64,000 nucleotides of DNA, taken from the NCBI RefSeq assembly GCF_053078305.1, contig NZ_CP166879.1. One strand, written 5' to 3'. Made by a program: the position numbers and the translations under genes. Under the pieces are notes generated by a model. The model was given only the letters and a program-made list of their open reading frames with translations, was not told the DNA's origin and searched no databases. This document shows positions 8,990-18,658 of this stretch, one piece after another. Within the stretch, counting starts at the first letter, position 1. Each line of letters starts with the position of its first letter.

Positions 8990-9935
8990 ACGCCCGCTGG
9001 TTATAAACACACAGCTGGCGATGAAGATTGGTTTAAACGAAGCCATTGTGTTGCAGCAACTGCATTACTGGTTAAGGGATACCAGTTCCGGCATGGAATG
9101 TGATGGCGTTCGCTGGATTTACAACACAACGGAACAATGGCTGGAACAGTTTCCGTTCTGGTCAGAGTCAACGTTAAAGCGTGCGTTTGCAAGTCTGAAA
9201 GCGCTGGGGCTTTTGCGTAGCGAAAAGCTCAATAAATCGAAGCGTGATATGACTAATTTTTACACAATTAACTACGATAGCGCGCTTTTAGATGATGGCA
9301 AAGTGAACGAATCCATCGGGGCAAAATGCGCCACTCCATCAGGTCAAAATGACACGATGGAAGAGGTCAAAATGAAACGTTCCATTGGTTCAAAACGGCC
9401 CAATGTCATCAGGTCAAAATGGCCCGATGATCCTACAGAGAATACAACAGAGAATACAACAGAGAATAAAAAACTCTCTTGTCCGGACGCTTCGCAACCG
9501 GACGAGTTGACGGCTGAACAGGCGTTTTTAACCCGCCATCCTGATGCAGTTGTGTTCAGCGTGAAAAAACGCCAGTGGGGAACCCGGGAGGATTTGACAT
9601 GTGCGCAGTGGATCTGGGGGCGGGTTGTAAACCTGTACGAACAGGCTGCCAGTGACGATGGTGAGATCACGCGACCGAAAGAGCCCAACTGGACGGCGTG
9701 GGCCAATGACGTGCGCACAATGCGGATGCTGGATGGAAGAAGTCACAGACAAATTTGCGAAATGTTCAGTCGGGCACAACGGGATCCGTTCTGGATAAAA
9801 AACATCAAGAGCCCGGAAAAACTCCGTGAGAAATGGGATGAACTGGTTATTCGACTGTGGCGTGGTCCCGCGCAGCGTTGCGTGAATCATATTTCTGAAC
9901 CGGATACCGAAATTCCGCCGGGTTTCAGGGGGTAG
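8970..9935 (+). CDS. Replication initiator (lambda O-position, winged-helix N-terminus)
   Basis: N-terminal LNEAIVLQQLHYWL...STLKRAFASLKALGLL. Internal iterons are present, and a DnaC-like gene follows. Start uncertain (8928 or 8970). Confidence 0.55.
   Translation: MSLLFAERPLVINTQLAMKIGLNEAIVLQQLHYWLRDTSSGMECDGVRWIYNTTEQWLEQFPFWSESTLKRAFASLKALGLLRSEKLNKSKRDMTNFYTINYDSALLDDGKVNESIGAKCATPSGQNDTMEEVKMKRSIGSKRPNVIRSKWPDDPTENTTENTTENKKLSCPDASQPDELTAEQAFLTRHPDAVVFSVKKRQWGTREDLTCAQWIWGRVVNLYEQAASDDGEITRPKEPNWTAWANDVRTMRMLDGRSHRQICEMFSRAQRDPFWIKNIKSPEKLREKWDELVIRLWRGPAQRCVNHISEPDTEIPPGFRG
9318..9470. repeat. Putative prophage ori iterons inside the initiator gene
   Basis: Five GG(T/G)(T/C)CAAAA(T/C)G repeats starting near 9318, 9342, 9365, 9387 and 9412 (22-24 bp spacing). 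Three tandem 12-mers ACAGAGAATACA follow (9435-9470), then an A-rich stretch. Confidence 0.5.
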
Positions 9936-9941
9936 CGCACC

Positions 9942-10682
9942 ATGAAAAACATTACGTCAGGTGGTGTTCTGGCAAGAGTCAGCAGATTTGTGCCGCAGGA
10001 TGCAATCCCTCCGTACCGTACGGTGGCGGAGTGGCGGGAATGGCAGCTTGCTGAAGGGCGTAAGCGAAGCGAGGAGGTTAATCGTCTGAATCATCAGACG
10101 CGGGTTGAAAAAATCATTAACCGCTCCGGTATCCAGCTGCTTCACCGGAAGTGTACGTTCGGTAACTACCGGGTGCAGAACGATGGTCAGCGCCATGCCC
10201 TGAGTCAGGCGAAATCCATTGTGGCAGAGCTGGAAGGCGGCTGTACGAATTTTGTTTTCAGTGGCAGGCCTGGCACAGGAAAAAACCACCTGGCGGCGGC
10301 TATTGGCAACCACCTTCTGGCGAAAGGTCGCAGTGTGATTGTGATAACAGTGGCGGATGTGATGCTGGCGTTACATGGCAGCTACGACAACAAAAACTCG
10401 GGCGAAAAATTTTTGCAGGGATTGTGTGGCGTTGACCTGCTGGTACTGGATGAAATTGGCATGCAACGGGATACGCGTAATGAGCAGGTCACGCTTAATC
10501 AGATTGTTGACCGCAGAACGGCATCGTTACTCAGTGTGGGGATGCTGACAAATCTTAATCATGCAGCGATGAATACACTTCTCGGCGAGCGGGTAATGGA
10601 CCGCATGTCCATGAACGGTGGTCGCTGGGTGACTTTTAACTGGGAGAGCTGGCGTCCGAACGTCAGCCAGCACAGGAACTGA
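9942..10682 (+). CDS. DnaC/IstB-like AAA+ helicase loader
   Basis: Walker [16 protein letters not shown] and Walker B LLVLDEIG. Position downstream of the initiator. Confidence 0.75.
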   Translation: MKNITSGGVLARVSRFVPQDAIPPYRTVAEWREWQLAEGRKRSEEVNRLNHQTRVEKIINRSGIQLLHRKCTFGNYRVQNDGQRHALSQAKSIVAELEGGCTNFVFSGRPGTGKNHLAAAIGNHLLAKGRSVIVITVADVMLALHGSYDNKNSGEKFLQGLCGVDLLVLDEIGMQRDTRNEQVTLNQIVDRRTASLLSVGMLTNLNHAAMNTLLGERVMDRMSMNGGRWVTFNWESWRPNVSQHRN

Positions 10683-10711
10683 GAAGTAATTTTTATCCGG
10701 AGGAAATTTTA

Positions 10712-11473
10712 ATGGAAACCGTATTGCATGCACTGAAAGCGATGGGTAAAGCCAATTCTGTTGAACTGGCGGCGCGGCTTGATATCAGCCGTGAAGAAGT
10801 TCTCAACGAACTGTGGGAACTCAAAAAAAATGGCGTTGTTGATAAAACGGGTCACACCTGGTTTCTGGCTGGTGAAGGTGAATCCGGGGTAACCGAAGAG
10901 CAGCCAGCACAGTCTGAAGTACCGGATGTGCTGACCGGGGAGGTCGAACAAAAAGTTACCGCGGACATGATGATTGAGTTTATCTGTCAGGATGGGGCTA
11001 AAACGTGTGAGGAACTGGCGGATAAGTTCGGTGTTAGCATTCGCAAGGTTGCTTCCACGTTGGCGGTCGTAACAGCAACGGGGCGCCTGGCACGCGTAAA
11101 TCAGAACGGTAAATTTCGTTACTGCATACCGGGCGCTGATTTACCGGCAGAGCCGGAAGCTGCATCCGTAGCGGAAACCGATGGTAAAGCCTTTCCTCAG
11201 CCAGCAGGTGTTGCGTTACCAGTCCGGGAAGCTGCAACACAGGAAGAAATAAAAACGGAAAGTGTGGCGGTCACAGTGCAGTCACAGCCGTCGTTCACCA
11301 GAAAGCATCCGGATGGTCTGATTTTACCATCGCTGCATGTGGCTAACCGCGAGCTGCGCCGGGCAAAAGGTCAGGTTCAGAAGTGGGAGCGAGTCTGCGC
11401 CGCGCTGCGGGAGCTGAACAAGTGCCGGGATATTCTCCGGGATATTACCGCCACCAGAGAACACCAGCGGTGA
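10712..11473 (+). CDS. Hypothetical protein (DUF1627-like, N-terminal wHTH)
   Basis: 253-aa ORF in the Nin region. Family assignment from memory only. Confidence 0.4.
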   Translation: METVLHALKAMGKANSVELAARLDISREEVLNELWELKKNGVVDKTGHTWFLAGEGESGVTEEQPAQSEVPDVLTGEVEQKVTADMMIEFICQDGAKTCEELADKFGVSIRKVASTLAVVTATGRLARVNQNGKFRYCIPGADLPAEPEAASVAETDGKAFPQPAGVALPVREAATQEEIKTESVAVTVQSQPSFTRKHPDGLILPSLHVANRELRRAKGQVQKWERVCAALRELNKCRDILRDITATREHQR

Positions 11474-11787
11474 GTGGGTGGAAGACGTGGTGCCGGGCTG
11501 AAATTCTGATACTCCGGCAGTGCGCGGGAACAATGAAGGTAAAAAGCATTGGCGCACTTATCGGACGAACTGAAGCGGCAGTGAGAACGAAGGCACGGGA
11601 GTTGGGCATCAGCATGATGTTACGTGGTGATTTTCACCCGTCGGCAAAATATTCACAACGTGATATTGAGCTGGCGCGGCAACTGCATCAGCGCGGTGTA
11701 CCCCGACGGGAAATTGCCGAAAAGTTCGGAATGAAGTTGCGCACAGTGAATAACTACGTTTATTTCGACAGGAGGGTTCAGGCGTGA
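11470..11787 (+). CDS. Hypothetical HTH-like protein
   Basis: GTG at 11470 overlaps the upstream stop. Two repeats resemble HTH units ([16 protein letters not shown]; [15 protein letters not shown]). Confidence 0.35.
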   Translation: MSGWKTWCRAEILILRQCAGTMKVKSIGALIGRTEAAVRTKARELGISMMLRGDFHPSAKYSQRDIELARQLHQRGVPRREIAEKFGMKLRTVNNYVYFDRRVQA

Positions 11788-12080
11788 GGGTGAGAATTTA
11801 TATCGCCGGTCCGATGACGGGATATGAAAATTTCAACCGCGAGGCGTTTCACAGGGCGGAAGAAGCACTGAAACGGGAAGGGCATACCGTTTTAAACCCG
11901 GCAGTACTTCCGGACGGGCTGACTCAGCCGCAGTACATGGATATTTGCATGGCAATGATTCGTTGTGTGGATGCGGTTTATATGCTGAAAGGCTGGCAGC
12001 GGTCGGCAGGCGCTAAGGCAGAGCTGGCACTGGCGGAGAAACTGGGGCATGCGGTGATTTATCAGGAGGTGGCTCAATGA
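11784..12080 (+). CDS. DUF4406-like (nucleoside deoxyribosyltransferase-fold) protein
   Basis: [22 protein letters not shown]...VLNP pattern typical of this family. Confidence 0.5.
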   Translation: MRVRIYIAGPMTGYENFNREAFHRAEEALKREGHTVLNPAVLPDGLTQPQYMDICMAMIRCVDAVYMLKGWQRSAGAKAELALAEKLGHAVIYQEVAQ

Positions 12081-12538
12081 GAGAGGTTAACTATGAGGCG
12101 CTTCGTGAGGCAGCACAAAACTATCAGTCGACGCTGGCGTGGTATCAGGCTATCCCGGACAGCCCAAATGCTGAACGGGATTGTGATGCGGCTCTTGCTG
12201 CGTTTAAGCGTCACATCCGTCATCGGGAAGCGGATATTATCGCTGATTTGCTGGATGGACTGGAAGAAGCAAAATCACAACTCAACGAGCAACGTGAGTA
12301 TTACGAAGGTGTTATCTCGGATGGGAGTAAGCGCATTGCTGAACTGGAAGCGCGGGAAGTTCAATTACCGACTCGCTACGACCTTCGATATGGACACCCG
12401 ATAAATGCAGATGAGCGACAAGTCATGATACCTAAAGAAAATGGCAGTTGGCTTTACCTGATTGACCTAGAACACGCATTACGCGTCGCTGGCATTCGCA
12501 TCAAAGGAGAGGAGCATGGAAATAAAACCAGAGGATGA
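12077..12538 (+). CDS. Hypothetical protein
   Basis: 153-aa ORF translationally coupled to neighbours. Confidence 0.35.
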   Translation: MREVNYEALREAAQNYQSTLAWYQAIPDSPNAERDCDAALAAFKRHIRHREADIIADLLDGLEEAKSQLNEQREYYEGVISDGSKRIAELEAREVQLPTRYDLRYGHPINADERQVMIPKENGSWLYLIDLEHALRVAGIRIKGEEHGNKTRG

Positions 12539-12872
12539 GTTAAGCAATATCGTTTTATTTCCGGTAAAAGAGGATGACCCTCGTAATCAGGTTAATTTTC
12601 TTTATGAGCCATCGGAAAGACCATATTGTCATCACGCCTCTGTTCGGGTTGACGAAAAAGAGCGTCAGGTCCGCTGTAAAATCTGCGGTGCAGTTGTGGA
12701 GCCGTTTGACTGGATGCTCTCTGTGGCGAAAAGAGAAACCAGACTGGCAGATGATGTAAGGCTATTGCACCAGGAGGAACAGGAAAGGCGGAAAAATATA
12801 GAAAAGTTAATTCAGATTGAGCGTAACGCGAAAGCGCGGATACGCAGGGCGACAAAATCCAGAACTGAATAA
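12516..12872 (+). CDS. Hypothetical zinc-ribbon protein
   Basis: 118 aa with CHH...CKICG motif. Confidence 0.35.
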   Translation: MEIKPEDELSNIVLFPVKEDDPRNQVNFLYEPSERPYCHHASVRVDEKERQVRCKICGAVVEPFDWMLSVAKRETRLADDVRLLHQEEQERRKNIEKLIQIERNAKARIRRATKSRTE

Positions 12873-12922
12873 ATAAATTTAGCGCTGTAAATAAAATCTA
12901 ATCCTTAACTGGAGGTATATTT

Positions 12923-13135
12923 ATGTTAAATACACAGAAATCCATTAATGCGGAAAAATATAACGAGTGGGCAAGAAAATTCTCTGAGCAGATTTTTAAA
13001 ATTACTGGCGATGAGAATGCGGCAAAAAATGAATTAGAACCGTGGACGCCTGAAGGAGCCGACCCAAATTATTGCTGGAGGGAGGTTGATCCAGTTGATG
13101 CTGCAAATGAAGCTATGAGTTATCACAACGATTAA
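12923..13135 (+). CDS. Hypothetical protein
   Basis: 70-aa ORF with RBS GGAGG upstream. Confidence 0.35.
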   Translation: MLNTQKSINAEKYNEWARKFSEQIFKITGDENAAKNELEPWTPEGADPNYCWREVDPVDAANEAMSYHND

Positions 13136-13167
13136 TGTCAGGAGGCCGCCCGAAAGGGCGGTAATGA

Positions 13168-13386
13168 ATGGTCACATTATTTAGAAAAAAATATCCGCGA
13201 AAGAGTAGAACAACAGAATTTCTGTTTCTCATTCTGTTTATCGTGTTGATGATACCGATATCCCCGTTAATCCTAGTCTGGATAATCGGAAAAATAATTG
13301 AGCCAGTTATTGAATTGTATAACGACGTGGTATGGGCGTCATTCAACACACTGCACAATAAAATTAATCCGTATAAGGAAAGCTGA
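13168..13386 (+). CDS. Hypothetical small membrane protein
   Basis: 72 aa with one clear TM segment (FLFLILFIVLMIPISPLILVWIIG). Confidence 0.3.
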   Translation: MVTLFRKKYPRKSRTTEFLFLILFIVLMIPISPLILVWIIGKIIEPVIELYNDVVWASFNTLHNKINPYKES

Positions 13387-13387
13387 T

Positions 13388-13753
13388 ATGGCACTGACGA
13401 AAAAACAACGCGCAGAACTGCGCATGAAGTTCGGTGGTCGCTGTGCTTATTGCGGCTGCGAACTTGGCGAAAAGTGGCATGCAGACCATGTAAAACCGGT
13501 CATTCGTTTTGATGGAAATATGCTTCACCAGGAACGTGACGATATATCCAACATGGTTCCGGCATGCCACCCATGCAATCTGCACAAGCATTGCAGTAGT
13601 CTGGAAGATTATCGGCGAATTATCAGTGATGGTCGTCGTGAATTCCTTGCGTCCGGGAAAGGCAAAGCGCTGGTTCGTATGGGATTGGTTGAAATGAAAT
13701 CTGACCCGGTTGTGTTCTGGTTTGAAAAATATCAAGAAGGGGCTACGGCATGA
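13388..13753 (+). CDS. HNH endonuclease
   Basis: CAYCGC...HADHVKP...[13 protein letters not shown], an HNH/zinc motif. Confidence 0.7.
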   Translation: MALTKKQRAELRMKFGGRCAYCGCELGEKWHADHVKPVIRFDGNMLHQERDDISNMVPACHPCNLHKHCSSLEDYRRIISDGRREFLASGKGKALVRMGLVEMKSDPVVFWFEKYQEGATA

Positions 13754-14094
13754 CGACTTTTACCAGAGAGCAGTTAATAGCTCACGCAGAGGAGACTATT
13801 GAAGCACAGAGACTGTGCATACCGGGCACAATCGACCATGACATCATCCGCACATATAAGATGGATATTGCTGTTCTGGAAATCGCACTGGTATCGCTGG
13901 CAGCAGAGCCAGCCGGTAAATTGCATGAATACAAACCAGTGGGATATCAGCGTCTGGTCGATGAGTTAACCATGCTGGTAAAGCAGTTAACCTGGCAACT
14001 GAGGAAAGCGAAGCCAGACTGCAAATTACCGGATAAGGCGATGAGTTATCTGGAGCGGAACGGACTGATAAGCGTGGAGGATATTTTACGATGA
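13750..14094 (+). CDS. Hypothetical protein
   Basis: 114-aa ORF, coupled (ATGA overlap). Confidence 0.35.
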   Translation: MTTFTREQLIAHAEETIEAQRLCIPGTIDHDIIRTYKMDIAVLEIALVSLAAEPAGKLHEYKPVGYQRLVDELTMLVKQLTWQLRKAKPDCKLPDKAMSYLERNGLISVEDILR

Positions 14095-14174
14095 CCTGGC
14101 CTGAAGCATTAACAACGGTAGGAATTGCGATGGCGGTGGCGCTGGTGGTGTATTCGATTTGCCGCTGGGGATAA
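14091..14174 (+). CDS. Possible 27-aa membrane peptide
   Basis: ATGA overlap with the upstream stop. Sequence [27 protein letters not shown]. Confidence 0.25.
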   Translation: MTWPEALTTVGIAMAVALVVYSICRWG

Positions 14175-14385
14175 AAACGGTTTGCGGGAAAAGGAGAGTT
14201 AAGTAGAATTGCAGCGGGTGCTTGAGGCTATCTGTCTCAGGCATGAACACCAAAAGGCAGATAGAGAAAAGCCCCAGTTAACATTACGCGTCCGGCAAGA
14301 CGCTTAACATTAATCTGAGGCTCAATCTGTGAACGGCAAATCTAGGTTAGCCTCTTACGCGCCGAAAGGCAAGGAGAAGCAGGCT

Positions 14386-14541
14386 ATGAAGCAGCAAAAG
14401 GCGATGTTAGTCGCCCTGATCGTCATCTGTATTACCGTCATTGTGACGGCACTGGTAACGAGGAAAGACCTCTGCGAGGTACGAATCCGAACCGGCCAGA
14501 CGGAGGTCGCTGTCTTCACAGCTTACGAACCTGAGGAGTAA
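14386..14541 (+). CDS. hokD: Hok/Gef-family type I toxin (HokD/RelF-like)
   Basis: MKQQKAMLVALIVICITVIVTALVTRKDLCEVRIRTGQTEVAVFTAYEPEE is near-identical to recalled RelF/HokD. The sok-type antisense RNA was not located. Confidence 0.75.
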   Translation: MKQQKAMLVALIVICITVIVTALVTRKDLCEVRIRTGQTEVAVFTAYEPEE

Positions 14542-14643
14542 GAGACCAGGCGGGGGAGAAATCCCTCGCCACCTCTGATGTGCCAGGCATCCTCAACGCA
14601 CCCGCACTTAACATGCTTCGGCGGGTTTTGTTGTATTAGAATA

Positions 14644-14961
14644 TCAGGATATTACCTGGATCCCGTTTTTCTCGACAACTGAAAGAAGCCGAAGAGCTGC
14701 ACCTCCCGGGCGTTTCACTCCTCGTTCCCAGTCTGATATCAGGTTTTTACTGACGTTGAGGTATCTGGCAAAAACAGGTTGAGACAGATGCTCTCGTTCT
14801 CGCAGTGCACGGATCCTTTCTGGAGACATTACCGGCGCAGGCTGAAGACAAGTTTCATCGAATTCGCGCATAGTTTGTTTTGTGATTGCACCGATATCAT
14901 GGAGTGACTCCATCATTTCATGTACAGATGCAAGTGCATCACTGCGGTAATTTTTACTCAT
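14644..14961 (-). CDS. HTH antitoxin (HigA/NadS-like)
   Basis: 105 aa with a C-terminal XRE HTH (LSQPVFARYLNVSKNLISDWERG). Overlaps the upstream toxin gene by 8 nt. Confidence 0.65.
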   Translation of the reverse strand: MSKNYRSDALASVHEMMESLHDIGAITKQTMREFDETCLQPAPVMSPERIRALREREHLSQPVFARYLNVSKNLISDWERGVKRPGGAALRLLSVVEKNGIQVIS

Positions 14962-15325
14962 TGGGTACCTCCGTGAACTGGCCTTGTTGAATCAATTGTG
15001 CCAGCTGTTCATCAGTAAGATTGAGGACATGGGGAGCGGCTTTTCGAAAAGCATTTTCCTCTATAGCAGTGATATTCTCTCGTTCATTCTTTGCGTATGC
15101 GTAGATGAAAAAGGCTTTTTCTGCAACGCGGTAAAAAATTATTGTCCGGTAACCGCCTGATTTTCCGCCACCACTTCGGGCTAATCTTTGTTTAATGACA
15201 CCACTACCCAAATTTGCGGATATGATCCCCTTATCGGCCAGCTCCACGATTTTGCGCAGCGATTTATCGGAAATCCGATGTTTTCGGGCGAAACGTTCAA
15301 ACCAGGCGTTTTTGAAAATTCGCAT
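14954..15325 (-). CDS. RelE/ParE-superfamily type II toxin (HigB-like, toxin-first order)
   Basis: 123 aa with ...GGKSGGYRTIIFYRVAEKAFFIYAYAKNEREN.., typical of this toxin family. Confidence 0.65.
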   Translation of the reverse strand: MRIFKNAWFERFARKHRISDKSLRKIVELADKGIISANLGSGVIKQRLARSGGGKSGGYRTIIFYRVAEKAFFIYAYAKNERENITAIEENAFRKAAPHVLNLTDEQLAQLIQQGQFTEVPNE

Positions 15326-15345
15326 ACCTGCCTCTGCATTTTATA

Positions 15346-15360
15346 TAACACATAGTGTTA
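15346..15360. promoter_or_regulatory. Palindromic operator candidate for the TA operon
   Basis: TAACAC-ATA-GTGTTA lies 21 bp upstream of the toxin start. Confidence 0.4.
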
Positions 15361-15548
15361 CACCATGTGGACTATGGAGGCAATCTTTATTTGAGAATGC
15401 TTGCTGATTTATCGGTGTTCAAAAAACAGACGTAATTCAGATTGTATAAACGGCAGACAGAAAAAGTCATTGTTCTTGCGCATAAAATCCTCAGATTTAC
15501 TGAGTGAAATGCGTCTCTTTTCATGGTTATAGTCCGAGAGAAGCGATA

Positions 15549-15776
15549 ATGCATTTCATTTCCTTTACGTCAGGAGGTGTTGTGAAAATCCCAGCCAGTT
15601 TGATCCCGGGGTTTTATGAGAGCACGCGCCCGGTTGTTGTTTACAGAAACAGTGATGGTTCTTTTCAATGTGGTTTTGTTATGCGAAGTAATGAGGTTGT
15701 TGTAAGCCTTTCTCTTCTTTCTGAGGTAAGAGAGTTGGCAGGATTACCTGTTGATGATATTCAGAAGCAGCTATAA
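15549..15776 (+). CDS. Hypothetical protein
   Basis: 75-aa ORF (MHFISFTSGG...). Start uncertain. Confidence 0.3.
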   Translation: MHFISFTSGGVVKIPASLIPGFYESTRPVVVYRNSDGSFQCGFVMRSNEVVVSLSLLSEVRELAGLPVDDIQKQL

Positions 15777-15829
15777 AATCAGGCTGACTTGAACCGTCGC
15801 TGAGAAACACCGTGCCACCGGAGATCCCG

Positions 15830-16102
15830 ATGGCGCACGATATCAAACATCACAATTCTGATACCGGCCCTGCCAGCAGGCACGGGCGGCGTTCTCACAC
15901 ATTCAAATCTGACTGGTTCCTGCATGACCCATGCACTGAAGAACAGGCCGAATGGCTGATTCAGTGCTACCGCAGACGCGGGTATAAGTTTGAGAAAGCC
16001 CTCAGTCTTGACCGTCGCCACTGGATAATCTCCGTCAGGCTCCCTTATTCCGAACGCCCACCGCGTCCGTCCCGTACATTCCAGCAGCGCATCTGGAGGT
16101 AA
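15830..16102 (+). CDS. Hypothetical protein
   Basis: About 90-aa ORF immediately upstream of and coupled to the DUF968 gene. Confidence 0.35.
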   Translation: MAHDIKHHNSDTGPASRHGRRSHTFKSDWFLHDPCTEEQAEWLIQCYRRRGYKFEKALSLDRRHWIISVRLPYSERPPRPSRTFQQRIWR

Positions 16103-16103
16103 C

Positions 16104-17153
16104 GTGCGGGTATTACTTCGACCTGTTCTGGTACCGGAACTCGGGATGGTGCTCCTAAAGCCGGGCCGTGAATCAATGTCAGCATTCCATAACGGCAGAA
16201 TATTGGTGGAGCCGGAACCGAAAAACATGCGCGGTCTGCCGTCCGGAGTCGTTCCTGCCGTTCGACAGCCGCTGGCAGAGGATAAAACATTACTGCCATT
16301 TTTCAGCAACGAACGGGTGATTCGTGCTGCGGGTGGCGCTGGTGCACTGTCTGACTGGTTATTACGTCACGTGAAATCCTGCCAGTGGCCACACGGTGAT
16401 TATCATCACAGCGAAACTGTCATTCACCGTTACGGTACCGGCGCGATGGTGTTGTGCTGGCACTGCGACAACCAGCTGCGCGACCAGACATCAGAATCAC
16501 TCGATCAACTTGCTCAGCAGAATCTGGTTGCCTGGATGATTGACGTTATCCGTCACGCAATAAGCAGTACGCAGGAGAGGGAGTTATCGCTGGCCGAATT
16601 ATCCTGGTGGGCGGCCTGCAATCAGGTGGTGGATGCACTACCTGAGGCAGTAGCGCGTCGTTCGCTGGGATTACCAGCGGAAAAAATCCGCTCCGTATAC
16701 CGTGAGAGTGACATCGTACCGGGAGAACAGACAGCCATCAGCATACTGAAGCAGCGCACAAAAAATATTGCGCTGCCACTTCACGTCCACCAGCAACAAA
16801 ATCCACCACAGAAAAAAACGGTTGTCAGTATCGCCGTTGATCCGGAGTCTCCTGAATCGTTCATGAGGCGGCCTAAACGTCGCCGTTGGGTTAATGAGAA
16901 ATACACGCGCTGGGTAAAGACACAGCCGTGTGCGTGTTGTGGTAAGCCTGCTGACGATCCGCATCACCTGATTGGTCATGGTCAGGGGGGAATGGGGACA
17001 AAGGCCCACGATATTTTCACGCTACCGTTGTGCCGGGAGCACCACAACGAACTTCATGCAGACCCGCTGGAGTTTGAGAAAAAGTACGGCTCTCAGATTG
17101 AGTTAATTTTTCGTTTTCTTGATCACGCCTTTGCGACTGGCGTGCTCGGGTAA
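16104..17153 (+). CDS. DUF968 (YdfU-like) protein
   Basis: C-terminal CACCGKPADDPHHLIGHGQGGMGTKAHD...LCREHHNELH motif. RBS GGAGG, GTG start. Confidence 0.65.
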   Translation: MRVLLRPVLVPELGMVLLKPGRESMSAFHNGRILVEPEPKNMRGLPSGVVPAVRQPLAEDKTLLPFFSNERVIRAAGGAGALSDWLLRHVKSCQWPHGDYHHSETVIHRYGTGAMVLCWHCDNQLRDQTSESLDQLAQQNLVAWMIDVIRHAISSTQERELSLAELSWWAACNQVVDALPEAVARRSLGLPAEKIRSVYRESDIVPGEQTAISILKQRTKNIALPLHVHQQQNPPQKKTVVSIAVDPESPESFMRRPKRRRWVNEKYTRWVKTQPCACCGKPADDPHHLIGHGQGGMGTKAHDIFTLPLCREHHNELHADPLEFEKKYGSQIELIFRFLDHAFATGVLG

Positions 17154-17165
17154 AAGAGGTGACTG

Positions 17166-17525
17166 ATGCTCATAGATTTGGTTTTACCTTACCCGCCGAC
17201 GGTGAACACTTACTGGCGACGCCGTGGCAGCACATATTTTGTATCAAAAGCAGGGGAGCGTTATCGCCGGGCAGTGGCACTTATTGTTCGCCAGCAGCGG
17301 CTGAAATTAAGCCTGTCCGGACGGCTGGCAATAAAAATTATTGCAGAGCCACCGGATAAGCGTCGTCGTGACCTGGACAATATTCTGAAAGCACCGCTGG
17401 ATGCGCTGACGCATGCGGGAGTGCTCATTGATGACGAGCAGTTTGATGAAATCAATATTGTACGTGGTCAGCTTGTTCCTGGTGGTCGGTTGGGTGTGAA
17501 GATTTACAAAATTGAGAGTGAGTGA
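17166..17525 (+). CDS. rusA: RusA Holliday-junction resolvase
   Basis: LPYPPTVNTYW...RRRDLDNILKAPLDALTHAGVLIDDEQ, the RusA signature. Confidence 0.85.
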   Translation: MLIDLVLPYPPTVNTYWRRRGSTYFVSKAGERYRRAVALIVRQQRLKLSLSGRLAIKIIAEPPDKRRRDLDNILKAPLDALTHAGVLIDDEQFDEINIVRGQLVPGGRLGVKIYKIESE

Positions 17526-18094
17526 GCGTAAATATGATATATCCGGAAATTACAGGCAAAAGCGGCGAACATTTACGCCTGAACACGCTGGAAGCAGTCT
17601 GGATCCAGGGGAAATTACGGATGTGGGGGCGGTGGTCGTATATCGGTGGGGGTAAATCCGGAAATATGTTTAACCGGTTACTGGTTTCGAAGAAGCTGAC
17701 GAAAACAGCAGTTAATGAGGTTTTACGCAGAATGAAGAAATCCGGGCTGGAAAAACCGGAACTTGAGGCATTTTTTCGGGATATGACCAGAGGGAAGCAG
17801 AAGAGCTGGTTGTCACATTGTACAGACACAGAGGCGTTGATTATTGATCGCGTTATCAGTGAGGTGCTTGGGGAATATCCCGGGCTAATCAATATTCTCC
17901 GGCAAAGGTACGAAGGACGGGGAATGAGCAAACTGAAAATGGCCGAAAGGTTAAATGCAGATCATCCTGAGTGGACGTTGGTTACGTGCAGACGCCGAAT
18001 TGATCAGTGGTTGGGGATATCTGAATTTATGTTACATGCCCCCATGCGTATGGCTTTTGTTACAGAGAAAAAAATGTTGCAAACTGATCAATAA
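17522..18094 (+). CDS. Late antiterminator Q (phage-82/Qin type)
   Basis: 190 aa after rusA. Contains WIQGKLRMWGRWSYIGGG...ILRQRYEGRG, an AntitermQ-like pattern. A promoter/terminator region follows. Confidence 0.7.
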   Translation: MSVNMIYPEITGKSGEHLRLNTLEAVWIQGKLRMWGRWSYIGGGKSGNMFNRLLVSKKLTKTAVNEVLRRMKKSGLEKPELEAFFRDMTRGKQKSWLSHCTDTEALIIDRVISEVLGEYPGLINILRQRYEGRGMSKLKMAERLNADHPEWTLVTCRRRIDQWLGISEFMLHAPMRMAFVTEKKMLQTDQ

Positions 18095-18165
18095 ACTGCT
18101 TCAATCCGTATAAGCTTCGCAAGGCTGTATCGCGAGGCGAAACGCAAGTTTTTTCGCACAAGGAA

Positions 18166-18187
18166 GCCACCGGAAGGTGGTTTTTTT
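18166..18187 (+). terminator. tR'-like intrinsic terminator downstream of Q
   Basis: GCCACC-GGAA-GGTGG followed by T7. Confidence 0.6.
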
Positions 18188-18310
18188 GTGTCCGTAATAT
18201 ACAGCAGCGCAATAAATTCGCTGGTGGTTATTAATACCGTTCTTTCAGCTTGCTGGCTTGTTCGACAAGAGTTATTGGTGTGTCACGTTAACCGGAAAAA
18301 GGAAAAAGAC

Positions 18311-18508
18311 ATGCTGAAACAGCAGGATATGACCGAAACCGCCAGAGTGGTGTTTAATGAATTAAGCGTCACAGAACCGGCGACAGTCGGGGAGATTGCG
18401 CAGAATACTTACCTTTCACGCGAACGCTGTCAGTTAATACTGACCCAGCTGGTTATGGCGGGTCTGGCAGACTATCAGTTCGGTTGTTACAGACGCCTTC
18501 AGTCCTGA
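18311..18508 (+). CDS. Hypothetical small wHTH-like protein
   Basis: 65 aa (MLKQQDMTETARV...), followed by hairpin terminator 18495-18518. Confidence 0.35.
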   Translation: MLKQQDMTETARVVFNELSVTEPATVGEIAQNTYLSRERCQLILTQLVMAGLADYQFGCYRRLQS

Positions 18509-18658
18509 AGGCTTTTTTATTTGTGGTAAATGGGCGGCTGGTGGGTGTTAGGGGCACTCACCAGCCATCTGCTCATGCGTCCGGATCACAAGCAAACCTC
18601 AGGCCCACTGCTTTGCGCAAAAGCAGAATGAGCCTATCAGAGACAGGCTTAATGATCC

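Noticed and set aside
15779-16309. 176-aa minus-strand ORF
   Set aside because: It is the antisense shadow of the coupled plus-strand genes 15830-16102 and 16104-17153. It has no RBS and an Arg/Gly/Pro-rich composition.
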